A DNA stretch of 24,000 nt from Abyssisolibacter fermentans (lineage in GTDB: Bacteria; Bacillota; Clostridia; Tissierellales; MCWD3): NCBI RefSeq assembly GCF_001559865.1, contig NZ_LOHE01000035.1, forward strand, positions 79,134 to 103,133. The letters are read 5' to 3'. A program made the position numbers and the translations under genes. The notes below the pieces were generated by a model. It was not told where the DNA came from. It did no database searches and was given only the letters and a program-made list of their open reading frames with translations. Of the stretch, positions 8,384 to 16,989 are shown in pieces; the stretch's first letter is position 1, and each line of letters opens with the position of its first letter.

Positions 8384-8686
8384 ATGGAGCAGATTGTATT
8401 AGATCTTATTTTATATAGTGGAGATGCTAGGAGCTATGCTATGGAAGCTATACAAGCGGCAAAGGGCGGAGATTTTAACAAAGCACAGGAGCTTATGAGC
8501 AAGTCCAATGAAAAGCTAGATGAAGCTCATAAAGTTCAAACAACTTTAATTCAATCAGAAGCTGGCGGTAATAAGACAGAATTTTCACTACTTCTTGTTC
8601 ATGCACAAGATCATTTAATGACAAGTATAACATTAAACACACTTGCTTTAGAAATTATTGATTTACACAAGAAAATTGCAAAATAG
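8384..8686 (+). CDS. PTS lactose/cellobiose-family EIIA component
   Basis: 100 aa. LILYSGDARS..AHKVQT..LLLVHAQDHLMT pattern typical of the family. Confidence 0.9.
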   Translation: MEQIVLDLILYSGDARSYAMEAIQAAKGGDFNKAQELMSKSNEKLDEAHKVQTTLIQSEAGGNKTEFSLLLVHAQDHLMTSITLNTLALEIIDLHKKIAK

Positions 8687-8707
8687 ATTTATTTGGGAGG
8701 AGAACAA

Positions 8708-10000
8708 ATGAATAATTTTACGAATTTTATTGAAGAAAAAGTAGTTCCAACTGTATCAAAATTCTCAACAAATCGTTATATTATAGCTTTACGTTCAGGA
8801 TTTTTAACTATAATGCCATTAACAATCATTGGGTCTATATTTTTATTACTAACAGATTTTCCTATCAATGGATATTCAGATTTTATGGCAAGTATTTTTG
8901 GAGCTAATTGGGCATCATACCTTGAACCAGCTTATAGGTCAACGTTTAATATCATGGGTTTTCTATTAGCTGGAACATTAGCATATAAACTTGCAGAGCA
9001 GTATAAACTGGATAAGATAGCAGTTATGATTATGTCAATAGTGTCTTTTGTTATTGTTACTCCTAAGTTTGCTACTACCCAGTCTGGAGAAATTATAAAT
9101 AAAATATTACCAATGGCTTGGCTTGGAACAAAAGGAGTCATAACAGCAATTATAGTTGGTATTCTTACAACAGAAATATATAGAATTGTTATTAAAATGA
9201 ACTTAGTAATTAAATTACCGGAAAGCGTTCCAGAGATGGTATCTAGATCTTTTTCTTCATTAATACCGGGAACTATAGTTATTGCAACTATGCTATTAAT
9301 TAATGGTATTTGTGTGGCACTAGGCAGCACATTACATCAAGTAATCTATAGTTTACTACAAATTCCACTTCAAAAATTGACATCAACAATAGGTGCTATA
9401 GCTGTTGTTGGAGGATTAAATGGTTTGTTCTGGTGGTTTGGTATTCACCCAACAGTAGTAAATTCAATTATTAACCCTGTACTAAATGCAAACTCACTAG
9501 AAAACTTTGAGTTATTCAAAGCAGGTAAGTTAACATTGGAAACTGGAAATATTGGTACAATACAAATGATAGACCAATTTGCAACTATTGGTGGAGCTGG
9601 TATGACAATAGGCTTAATAATAGCATTGTTACTAGTAGCAAGATCTCAAAAATTAAAAATGTTAAGTAGATTAAGTGCAGTTCCATCTATGTTTAATATA
9701 AATGAACCCCTTGTTTTTGGTGTTCCTATAGTAATGAACCCATTAATGATAATACCTGTTACTGTGGCACCAATAGTTTCAGTATATTTAGCATATTTTG
9801 CTATCAAAATAGGTTTTATGATGCCTTTTAACGGAGTAATTGCTCCTTGGACTACACCACCTATATTTAGTGGATTTCTTGTGAGTGGGTGGCAGGGTGC
9901 TGTTGTACAAATAATTGCTATAGCAGCATCAGTATTGATTTATTATCCATTTGTAAAAGCACTTGATAATCAGTATAGAAAAGATGAACATAATTTATAA
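8708..10000 (+). CDS. PTS lactose/cellobiose-family EIIC permease
   Basis: Polytopic membrane protein. FNINEPLVFGVPIVMNP motif. I prefer ATG 8708 (SD GGGAGGAG) over the track's TTG 8693. Confidence 0.9.
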   Translation: MNNFTNFIEEKVVPTVSKFSTNRYIIALRSGFLTIMPLTIIGSIFLLLTDFPINGYSDFMASIFGANWASYLEPAYRSTFNIMGFLLAGTLAYKLAEQYKLDKIAVMIMSIVSFVIVTPKFATTQSGEIINKILPMAWLGTKGVITAIIVGILTTEIYRIVIKMNLVIKLPESVPEMVSRSFSSLIPGTIVIATMLLINGICVALGSTLHQVIYSLLQIPLQKLTSTIGAIAVVGGLNGLFWWFGIHPTVVNSIINPVLNANSLENFELFKAGKLTLETGNIGTIQMIDQFATIGGAGMTIGLIIALLLVARSQKLKMLSRLSAVPSMFNINEPLVFGVPIVMNPLMIIPVTVAPIVSVYLAYFAIKIGFMMPFNGVIAPWTTPPIFSGFLVSGWQGAVVQIIAIAASVLIYYPFVKALDNQYRKDEHNL

Positions 10001-10007
10001 AAATAAT

Positions 10008-10031
10008 AGGATGAAGCTAATGCTTCATCCT
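10008..10031 (+). terminator. perfect 10-bp hairpin between EIIC and the lyase gene (weak terminator or processing/stability element)
   Basis: AGGATGAAGC-TAAT-GCTTCATCCT, followed only by TTT, so termination is probably partial. Confidence 0.45.
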
Positions 10032-10066
10032 TTATAAAATATATAAAAAAGAGAAGGGTTTAAAAT

Positions 10067-11236
10067 ATGTATAATTTTGAAGAATTATTATATAGAGAAA
10101 ATAATGGGTCTATGAAATGGAATAAAGAGTATATCAGAAGAAGATTTCCAAAATCTAAAGATGAAATATTCCCGTTATTTATAGCTGACATGGATTATAA
10201 GCTTCCAAAGGAAATAGTAGACTCTTTTATTGAATTCATTCAACAAAGTGATTTTGGATATTATGATATATTAGATGATTATTACAAGAGTATTATTAAT
10301 TGGTATAAAAAAATACATCATTGTTCTATTGAGAACTCGTGGATAATTCCTGGTATTGGAACGATAACTTCTATATATGTATCTATTTCAATTTTATTAA
10401 ATAATGTAGATAATGTATTAATATTTACACCTGTATACGGTCCGTTTAGAGATGTAGTTGATAAAAATAATTGCAATCTAATAAAATATCCTTTAAAGCT
10501 AAAACATAAAGAGTATGTTATTGATTTTAAAGAATTAGAAAAAAGTATAATACGAAATAATATTAGCAGTATATTATTTTGTAGTCCGCACAATCCTTCA
10601 GGTAAAATTTGGTCAAAGTCTGAATTAGATAGTTTAATTTATCTATGCAAAAAATATAATCTAACATTATTTGTAGATGAGGTTCACAGTGATTTGGTTA
10701 TAGGTGAAAAAGAGTTTATATCAATGGCAAATTATTTTAATGAATACGAAAATATAATAATAAGTTCATCACCAAATAAAACATTTAATCTAGCAGGACT
10801 AAACGCTTCTTATTTATTAACACCAAATCAAGAATTTAAAGGTAAAATTGAAGAAGGATTAAAAAATAGAAAATTAAATCCTAATAGAGTTGGATACAGA
10901 TTTCTTGTTTCCTGTTATGAAAAAGGAGAAAGATGGGTATATGAATTAAGAAATAATATAAAAGAAAACTATATCTTAGTAAAAGAGATACTTACAGGTA
11001 GTGATATAGAAATGATTAATCATCAAGCAGGTTATTTATTATGGATTAAGTTAAATAAAGTAAATGATATAGATAAATTTGTTATAGAATTAGCACAGGA
11101 TACAGGTGTATTGCTTGAAACAGGGAGTAGATTTGTAGATAATTATGAGAATTTTGTTAGAGTTAATTTAGCTACTAGCAAAGATATATTAAGAGAAGCT
11201 ATGAGAAGATTCAAAAGCTATTATGATAACAAATAA
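10067..11236 (+). CDS. PLP-dependent class I/II aminotransferase-fold C-S lyase (MalY/PatB family)
   Basis: SSSPNKTFNLAGL (PLP lysine motif). CSPHNPSGKIWSKSEL. Length of 389 aa is typical. Confidence 0.8.
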   Translation: MYNFEELLYRENNGSMKWNKEYIRRRFPKSKDEIFPLFIADMDYKLPKEIVDSFIEFIQQSDFGYYDILDDYYKSIINWYKKIHHCSIENSWIIPGIGTITSIYVSISILLNNVDNVLIFTPVYGPFRDVVDKNNCNLIKYPLKLKHKEYVIDFKELEKSIIRNNISSILFCSPHNPSGKIWSKSELDSLIYLCKKYNLTLFVDEVHSDLVIGEKEFISMANYFNEYENIIISSSPNKTFNLAGLNASYLLTPNQEFKGKIEEGLKNRKLNPNRVGYRFLVSCYEKGERWVYELRNNIKENYILVKEILTGSDIEMINHQAGYLLWIKLNKVNDIDKFVIELAQDTGVLLETGSRFVDNYENFVRVNLATSKDILREAMRRFKSYYDNK

Positions 11237-11267
11237 ATAAAGATTAGTAGATTTGTTTTTTCAGAAT

Positions 11268-11320
11268 AGAACCCATAGATAGGTAATGTAAGAAGTAATC
11301 TATCATATAGGTTCTTTTTT
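11268..11320 (+). terminator. rho-independent terminator
   Basis: Imperfect 14-15 bp stem AGAACCCATAGATAG / CTATCATATAGGTTCT, followed by TTTTTT. Confidence 0.65.
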
Positions 11321-11433
11321 GTTATTTGTAAAATAATTTATTACTTTAAATATCAAATTATAATTCTAAGAAAAGTGATATAATAGTGTATATATTTTTT
11401 AAATATAATGAACTGGAATGCTAGGAGGCGAAT

Positions 11434-12747
11434 ATGAAGAAAGTAGCAAATATAGTTTTAATGCTAATAATATGTGTAATATTGCTTTTGTTGTATACAA
11501 TAGTGCATGAAGGCGCTCATGCATTTTTTGCGGTTTTATTTGGTGGGCAAATAAGTGAATTTGACATTAATTTTTTAAATGGATATCCACATGTAAGTTA
11601 TTCAGGTATATTTCAGCCATATCAGAAGGCAATTATAAGTATAGCGGGACCAATTATACCGGCTGTTTTATTTTTTATTATCTTATTGTATGTTAATAAA
11701 AGTAATGCTGTAGTAAAAAAAATAAAATTCATAACTGTGATTGGTATATTAGGTACATTATTACCAAATATAATTCTACCTATCATGTATGAAGCTGGTT
11801 TTGATGCCTCCAATGAGGATGTTATAAAATTCATAATAAATTCACAAGTAAACGGTTATTTAACAGCTGTTATTTTTGCCTTGATTTTCTTATTAGGATG
11901 CATTGTCTTTATTAAAAAAATTAATTTAAAAGAAGTCTTAAGTGAAGAAATAAATTTTAATATAGAGAATAAAAAACAGGTTATAATGTTAATTGTTTGT
12001 GGAATATTTACTTTGTTTTTAATTGTTGGAGGTTGCATTAATATACTTACTAATTCGTACGAAGCATCAAGTATGATAAAAAAATATGATGAAAATTTTA
12101 GTATAAAGTTAAACAAAAATCACTACTATAATGAAAATATTTATGAATTTGAAGTAAATGAAGAGGAAATTTATGATTTTTATATTACAGGTAATTGTAA
12201 TGAGAAACTTTCAATAAAACTACAAGGAAATGTTCCAATACAAGGAATTAGAAAAAAAGAGTTACAGTTGTTTAACGGAGAGGGCAAAATCAATAGTACA
12301 TTTACCGGTTGGTTTTTAAATAAAGGAAAATACAAAATTGTTGTGTCATCACATGATAATAATGGGAAAATCGACTTTCATATAAACAAAAAAGAAGCTT
12401 TAGAAAATAAGTTTTCAAATGAAAAAATATTTAATGGGATTATTCCACAATTAGATAATGGATATAAACTTGCTGCTCACGAAAATTTGATTGACTGTAA
12501 AGACAAATGTATTTATGAGTTTTCATTACAGGATACGGAGAATATCAAATTCAGTATTTTTCTTACTACAAAAGATGGAAGTGCAGTAGTTAAGCTATCA
12601 GGGAAAGATTATGAAGATATATTAATTAACGATTACCAAATTTTTACTGATGGTAGAGGAATGAACTTAAAAGAAGGCGATTATAAAATTATGGTAACTT
12701 CAAGTGGTTGTAATGGTGAGATATATTTGTATGTCAAACGTAATTAA
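11434..12747 (+). CDS. polytopic membrane protein with HExxH motif (DUF3267/M50B-like putative zinc peptidase) and duplicated C-terminal beta-rich domain
   Basis: HEGAH directly after TM1 and about 5 predicted TM segments. The C-terminal ~230 aa contains two similar segments (YEFEV..GKYKIVVSSHDNNGKIDFHI and YEFSL..GDYKIMVTSSGCNGEIYLYV). Confidence 0.6.
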   Translation: MKKVANIVLMLIICVILLLLYTIVHEGAHAFFAVLFGGQISEFDINFLNGYPHVSYSGIFQPYQKAIISIAGPIIPAVLFFIILLYVNKSNAVVKKIKFITVIGILGTLLPNIILPIMYEAGFDASNEDVIKFIINSQVNGYLTAVIFALIFLLGCIVFIKKINLKEVLSEEINFNIENKKQVIMLIVCGIFTLFLIVGGCINILTNSYEASSMIKKYDENFSIKLNKNHYYNENIYEFEVNEEEIYDFYITGNCNEKLSIKLQGNVPIQGIRKKELQLFNGEGKINSTFTGWFLNKGKYKIVVSSHDNNGKIDFHINKKEALENKFSNEKIFNGIIPQLDNGYKLAAHENLIDCKDKCIYEFSLQDTENIKFSIFLTTKDGSAVVKLSGKDYEDILINDYQIFTDGRGMNLKEGDYKIMVTSSGCNGEIYLYVKRN

Positions 12748-12748
12748 A

Positions 12749-12847
12749 CCCAAATTATTCATAGAAATCAAATACTTTTTATTAATAACCTCATTCTTCG
12801 AATGAATAAGCGATTTGCATAAAATCCAACAGTGACCATTTTGTGCA
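12749..12847. repeat. decayed copy of the hairpin-module element (left end plus one reverse-oriented module)
   Basis: CCCAAATTATTCATAGAAA (12749-12767) matches the left end of the 19877 element. 12789-12847 is a reverse-oriented module (GAATAAGCGATT core) with a 10-bp hairpin at 12816-12825 / 12838-12847. Confidence 0.6.
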
Positions 12848-12943
12848 TTTGATTGATAAAGATTTGTAAATTGATTTGAAGCATTTATTAATTAGTTATA
12901 AAATGTAGTAGATGAACTTAAATAATTAATAAAAGGAGAGATT

Positions 12944-13813
12944 ATGACTTACTTATTATTAGCTATTATTTGCAGTGCAATAATTCCAAATATTTTTCGT
13001 TTTGGCGAACAGCATGATATAAATCAACCAGTTGTGATTACAGTTAATTACGCATTTGCTTCATTAATTTTACTTATCACCTTATTGTTTTCAGGTCTTG
13101 GTCAATACATTATGGACTTAGGAAAGATAAGTATAAATGAGCATAGTGTTTTTTTAGCAATAATTATTGGAATAATAACAGGTATATTTTATTATGGAGG
13201 TTTTTATTACTATCAAAAATCAGTTTTTATGAGTGGGCCAAGTATAGCTACTGCTTTTGGTAAGATAGGTATAATTATTCCTATGATATTATCTATTATT
13301 ATTTGGAAAGAGGTACCTAATATTATTCAATGGTTTGGTGTCGTTATATCATTGGGAGCTATTTTGATTATGGCTATAAATCTAAAAGAAATTAAATTAA
13401 ATGATATTCATGTTGTATTGATATTTTTATTTTTATTTACTGGTTTAGGGAGTTTTACTAATAAAGTTTTTCAAAAATATTGTATGATACAACATAATCA
13501 GATTTTTTTGTGGGTACTGTTTACTACTGCTTTAGTCATAAGTTTAAAAGAAACAAGAATGGTTAAAGAAAAGAAAAAATGGGATTATTATATTGGTATG
13601 ATGGTTGGTATACCTAATATATTATCTTCCTACTTTTTGATTCAAGCACTAAATAATTTAACTGCTGTTGTAGTATTTCCATTGCTTAGTGGAGGAACAA
13701 TTATAGGTGCAAGCTTAATTAGTGCTGTAGTTTTTAAAGAACGATTAAAAAGCAAAGAATATATTGGCATAGGAATGATGATTGTAGCTGTTATGTTAAT
13801 TAATTATGCGTAG
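12944..13813 (+). CDS. DMT-superfamily (EamA-like) membrane transporter
   Basis: 289 aa, about 10 hydrophobic segments. Two-halves architecture, each half ending in a ..W/FKE.. ..IG..I..GV/AV..I motif. SD AAAGGAGAG. Confidence 0.55.
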   Translation: MTYLLLAIICSAIIPNIFRFGEQHDINQPVVITVNYAFASLILLITLLFSGLGQYIMDLGKISINEHSVFLAIIIGIITGIFYYGGFYYYQKSVFMSGPSIATAFGKIGIIIPMILSIIIWKEVPNIIQWFGVVISLGAILIMAINLKEIKLNDIHVVLIFLFLFTGLGSFTNKVFQKYCMIQHNQIFLWVLFTTALVISLKETRMVKEKKKWDYYIGMMVGIPNILSSYFLIQALNNLTAVVVFPLLSGGTIIGASLISAVVFKERLKSKEYIGIGMMIVAVMLINYA

Positions 13814-13915
13814 GCAAAATTTTAAAAATCATTTATTTTTAGATTTAAATGATATACTTTTTGCAAATAAATATAGTTTTAGTAGAAAAAATAAGATGAT
13901 AGTTAGGTGGATGTA

Positions 13916-14098
13916 ATGAATAAGGCAAAAATTACGGAAATACTCATTAAAGTAATATTATGTGTGATAGTATTAAAATTTGTTGTGAAGTGGGAAAATG
14001 GTAAAATTGCTTTTATGATGCTGGCAGCATTAATTACAGTATATGTTATATGGCCATTATTAGTAAAAACGTTTAAAAAATTCAATAAAAATGATTGA
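13916..14098 (+). CDS. small two-TM membrane protein, unknown function
   Basis: SD AGGTGG 4 nt upstream of ATG 13916. Two hydrophobic stretches. Hairpin plus T-run downstream on the same strand. The overlapping minus-strand ORF has no SD. Confidence 0.4.
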   Translation: MNKAKITEILIKVILCVIVLKFVVKWENGKIAFMMLAALITVYVIWPLLVKTFKKFNKND

Positions 14099-14113
14099 AG
14101 ATTTATAAAGATG

Positions 14114-14137
14114 AAAGTGCCTAAGGGTGCTTTTTTT
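14114..14137 (+). terminator. rho-independent terminator
   Basis: AAAGTGCC-TAAG-GGTGCTTT stem with G-U pairs, running into TTTTTTT. Confidence 0.5.
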
Positions 14138-14331
14138 ATATATAGAAAATTATAAACGCTTCATATAATAGTATATTTGGTAAGTGATAAGAATATATTT
14201 TTTATAATCACAGGTATAAATAGTCTGGGTAAATATCAATTAGAAAACTTTTTTCTGGTTATTTAGGTAGATATATTATATAATGATTGGAAATAATTAT
14301 ATAATCAGATAGTGATAAATTTATAGAAAGG

Positions 14332-14856
14332 ATGTTTAAATTGAAATGTAAATTAGTAAGGCCAAGTATTGATTTAAAATCACAATTTCTTGATTATGTT
14401 AAGGATTGGGAGAATAACAATGAAAAAATAGTACCTTATTCAGCAAGACTATTAGATATGAACTATGAAGAATGGTTGGAGAATACACATAAATCAGAAA
14501 ACAAAGAGACATGTCCATCCAATTTTGTTCCTGCACATACGTATTTTCTTACCTCAGAAGACAATAGGATTGTTGGGGCTATAAATATTAGACACTATTT
14601 AAATGACCATCTGTTAAAGGTTGGCGGTAATATAGGTTATGGTGTACGTCCATCAGAACGTAAAAAAGGCTATGCTTCATTAATGTTAAATTTAGGATTA
14701 GATATAGCAAAAGAGTTTGGTATAAATAGAGTTCTTGTAACATGCAACAAAACTAACATAGCATCTGCCAAAACAATAATGAAAAATGGTGGAGTTTTGG
14801 AAAATGAAGTATTGGATGATGGAGAGCTTGTACAAAGGTATTGGATAGATAATTAA
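14332..14856 (+). CDS. GNAT-family N-acetyltransferase (COG3981-like)
   Basis: RPSERKKGYASLML..VLVTCNKTNIASAKTIMKNGG acetyl-CoA binding region. The start may instead be TTG 14341, which is better spaced from AAAGGA. Confidence 0.75.
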   Translation: MFKLKCKLVRPSIDLKSQFLDYVKDWENNNEKIVPYSARLLDMNYEEWLENTHKSENKETCPSNFVPAHTYFLTSEDNRIVGAINIRHYLNDHLLKVGGNIGYGVRPSERKKGYASLMLNLGLDIAKEFGINRVLVTCNKTNIASAKTIMKNGGVLENEVLDDGELVQRYWIDN

Positions 14857-15174
14857 AGCTTATGTAACAAAGTAGAGTTTTTAATGATTATTGTATAAAA
14901 TTATAATTGTAGGTTGCTAAAGAGGTTTGCTTGAAATAGGTAGTTGCAAAATACAAATTTAAAAAACGTGGATAACTTTAATATTTTAGCTCATAAGTTT
15001 TTTGTGAGGGGGCCCATCTCATAATCTTTGACGGTTCCCTAGTAACTGTTTTGGTAATTTTTTCAATTCACATAAAGGGTAAACTGAGTCGCTTTAAAAT
15101 ATATAAACATAGATTTATGAGTAGTGTAGAGTTTCGCAACTAACTAAATGGTTAAAAACTAAGGGGGAATAACA

Positions 15175-15711
15175 ATGACATTTACATTTGTTCCAATGAA
15201 TAAAGAGTATGCAACAGAGATGATTAATAACTGGAAATATGGTGGAGAGTATTCAATTTATGATTATTGTAATGAAGAAGATTTACTGTTAGATGAGGAG
15301 TGTTGGGGAAAAGGTAAGTTTGCAGCTTTAGATGAAGAAGATAATTTAGTAGGAGAGTTAACTATAGAGTTTTATGAAGAAGAGGATGATGACTCAGAAG
15401 ACGATGGATACGTTGATCATGAGACTGTTAACAATAACCCAGACAAGATATATGAAATGTGGGTAGGATGGGGCTTGAAACCTGAGTTAACCTCAAAAGG
15501 ATTGGGAGTAAAATTTGTTTCTGCTTGTGTTGATTTTGCTGTTAATTTATATAATTATAAAGGTGAATACGTCCGCTGCGGAGTTGCTAAATTTAATAAA
15601 AGGGCTATTAAAGTTTATGAAAGAGTAGGATTTGAAGTATTTTACACTACTGTAGGAGAAATTTCAGGAAAAGAGCTAGACGTTTATAGGATGAGGAAAA
15701 GAATTAAGTAA
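15175..15711 (+). CDS. GNAT-family acetyltransferase with an internal acidic insertion
   Basis: GLKPELTSKGLG..FNKRAIKVYERVGF. SD AAGGGGG. Paralogous to the convergent gene 15747-16229. Confidence 0.75.
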   Translation: MTFTFVPMNKEYATEMINNWKYGGEYSIYDYCNEEDLLLDEECWGKGKFAALDEEDNLVGELTIEFYEEEDDDSEDDGYVDHETVNNNPDKIYEMWVGWGLKPELTSKGLGVKFVSACVDFAVNLYNYKGEYVRCGVAKFNKRAIKVYERVGFEVFYTTVGEISGKELDVYRMRKRIK

Positions 15712-15722
15712 TATTTATATAA

Positions 15723-15773
15723 AAAGATATCAAAAAATCTACAATGTTATGTTGTGGATTTTTTGATATCTTT
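15723..15773. terminator. bidirectional terminator, 22-bp stem
   Basis: AAAGATATCAAAAAATCTACAA / TTGTGGATTTTTTGATATCTTT (one G-U pair), loop TGTTATG. The right arm also encodes the C-terminal residues of the minus-strand GNAT. Confidence 0.7.
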
Positions 15774-16229
15774 CTTCATCTTAATAAATTCAAATTCACT
15801 GCCATTTGTGTTTTGCATGTATTTTTCAACAGATTTAAACCCTATTTTTTCATATGCTTGTATTGCACGTTTATTAAATGTGGCTACTGCTAGCATTATG
15901 TAGCTTTTTTTATAATCAAATTTATTTGTACCAAAATTAATACCTGCATTTACAAATTCACAGCCATACCTTTTTCCTGTTAATTCAGGTTTGAGACCAA
16001 AACCTATCCACATTATTTCATTTTCAAAGTAGTAAGAATAATAACCAACTAATTCACTTTTGTCATTTAGCACTGCGAAATATCCATCCCAATTTTCTTC
16101 ATTGAGAAAATCCCTTAAATCTTCTTCATCAGCAGTCATATCATAAAATGAATAAATTCCTTCGTATTTCCAATCATAAGCAATTTCATTAGCATATTCA
16201 CTATTCATAGTAACAAAATAATAATGCAT
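15747..16229 (-). CDS. GNAT-family acetyltransferase (paralog of 15175-15711)
   Basis: GLKPELTGKRYG..FNKRAIQAYEKIGF. The N-terminus aligns with the paralog (MN.EYA.E....WKY.G.YS.YD). SD AGGGGGA. Confidence 0.75.
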   Translation of the reverse strand: MHYYFVTMNSEYANEIAYDWKYEGIYSFYDMTADEEDLRDFLNEENWDGYFAVLNDKSELVGYYSYYFENEIMWIGFGLKPELTGKRYGCEFVNAGINFGTNKFDYKKSYIMLAVATFNKRAIQAYEKIGFKSVEKYMQNTNGSEFEFIKMKKDIKKSTT

Positions 16230-16428
16230 GATTATTTTTTCCCCCTAGTTTTAAAATTATATAATATAATACCTTTTAGCTCAAGAATTATATTATAATT
16301 ATAACATTGACAAGAAGAATATAAAAAAAATGTTACTAAAATAAAACTATTTATAAATTAACTTCGAATACATAAGTGAAGATAAAAAAGTATGCATACA
16401 TTATTTTCACTAAGAAAAGGCTGGAGAT

Positions 16429-16989
16429 ATGAATAACGAAGAAAAACTAATAAAACGAATAAAAAATAAATCAAATAAAACAGCAGCTAATCAACTGATA
16501 TCGATATATTACAAGGAAATATACATTTATGTATATAGACAAACAAGTGATAGAGAATTAGCTTTAGATTTAACACAAGAAATATTTATAAGTGTTTTAA
16601 AATCTTTAGATAATTACAGAAGAGATAAAGGATCCTTTAGAACTTGGTTATATAAAATAGCGAGTAATAAAATAGTTGATTACTATAGGTCTAAATATTA
16701 TAGATATTCAACTGTAGTAGAAAAGCTTGACGATTATGAGCTGAAGAGTTCAAGTAATATCGAGCTGGATTTAGAACTTAAAGAAGATATGAAAGAAATA
16801 ATAGAAATTATTAATAGTTTTGAAGCTAACATTCAGCAAATAGTAAGATTGAAGATTTTTGGTCAGTTGACATTTTCTGAAATATCGAAAGCATTAGAGC
16901 TTCCTGAATCAACAGTTAAGACCAGATATTATTCTAGCATTAATAAAATAAAGAAAATTTTGAAGGAGAGGGAAAATGAACAAAGATAA
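16429..16989 (+). CDS. RNA polymerase sigma-70 family factor, ECF-like
   Basis: Region 2 (DLTQEIFISVLKSLDNYR, FRTWLYKIASNKIVDYYR) and region 4 HTH (LTFSEISKALELPESTVKTRYYSSINKIK). Confidence 0.85.
   Translation: MNNEEKLIKRIKNKSNKTAANQLISIYYKEIYIYVYRQTSDRELALDLTQEIFISVLKSLDNYRRDKGSFRTWLYKIASNKIVDYYRSKYYRYSTVVEKLDDYELKSSSNIELDLELKEDMKEIIEIINSFEANIQQIVRLKIFGQLTFSEISKALELPESTVKTRYYSSINKIKKILKERENEQR

Noticed and set aside
8932-12116. Antisense ORFs 8932-9330, 10318-10593, 11622-11834 and 11856-12116
   Set aside because: Each lies opposite a strongly supported plus-strand gene (EIIC, the lyase or the HExxH membrane protein). No translation signals were found.
13903-14085. Minus-strand 60-aa ORF overlapping the small plus-strand membrane protein ORF
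   Set aside because: The plus-strand frame has an SD (AGGTGG), two clean TM segments and a downstream terminator in its orientation. The minus frame has none of these.
14990-15110. Locally GC-rich patch (GTGAGGGGGCCCATCTCA, CGGTTCCCTAG, TGAGTCGCTT) upstream of a GNAT gene, considered as a riboswitch (ykkC/guanidine-like CTAGGG box), a pseudogene or a relic of the hairpin module
   Set aside because: The CTAGGGAACCG string does not match the ykkC core (CTAGGGTTCCG) and no flanking conserved helices were found. The longest frame lacks a start codon. Only a 10-nt match to the module core exists, in an inconsistent arrangement.
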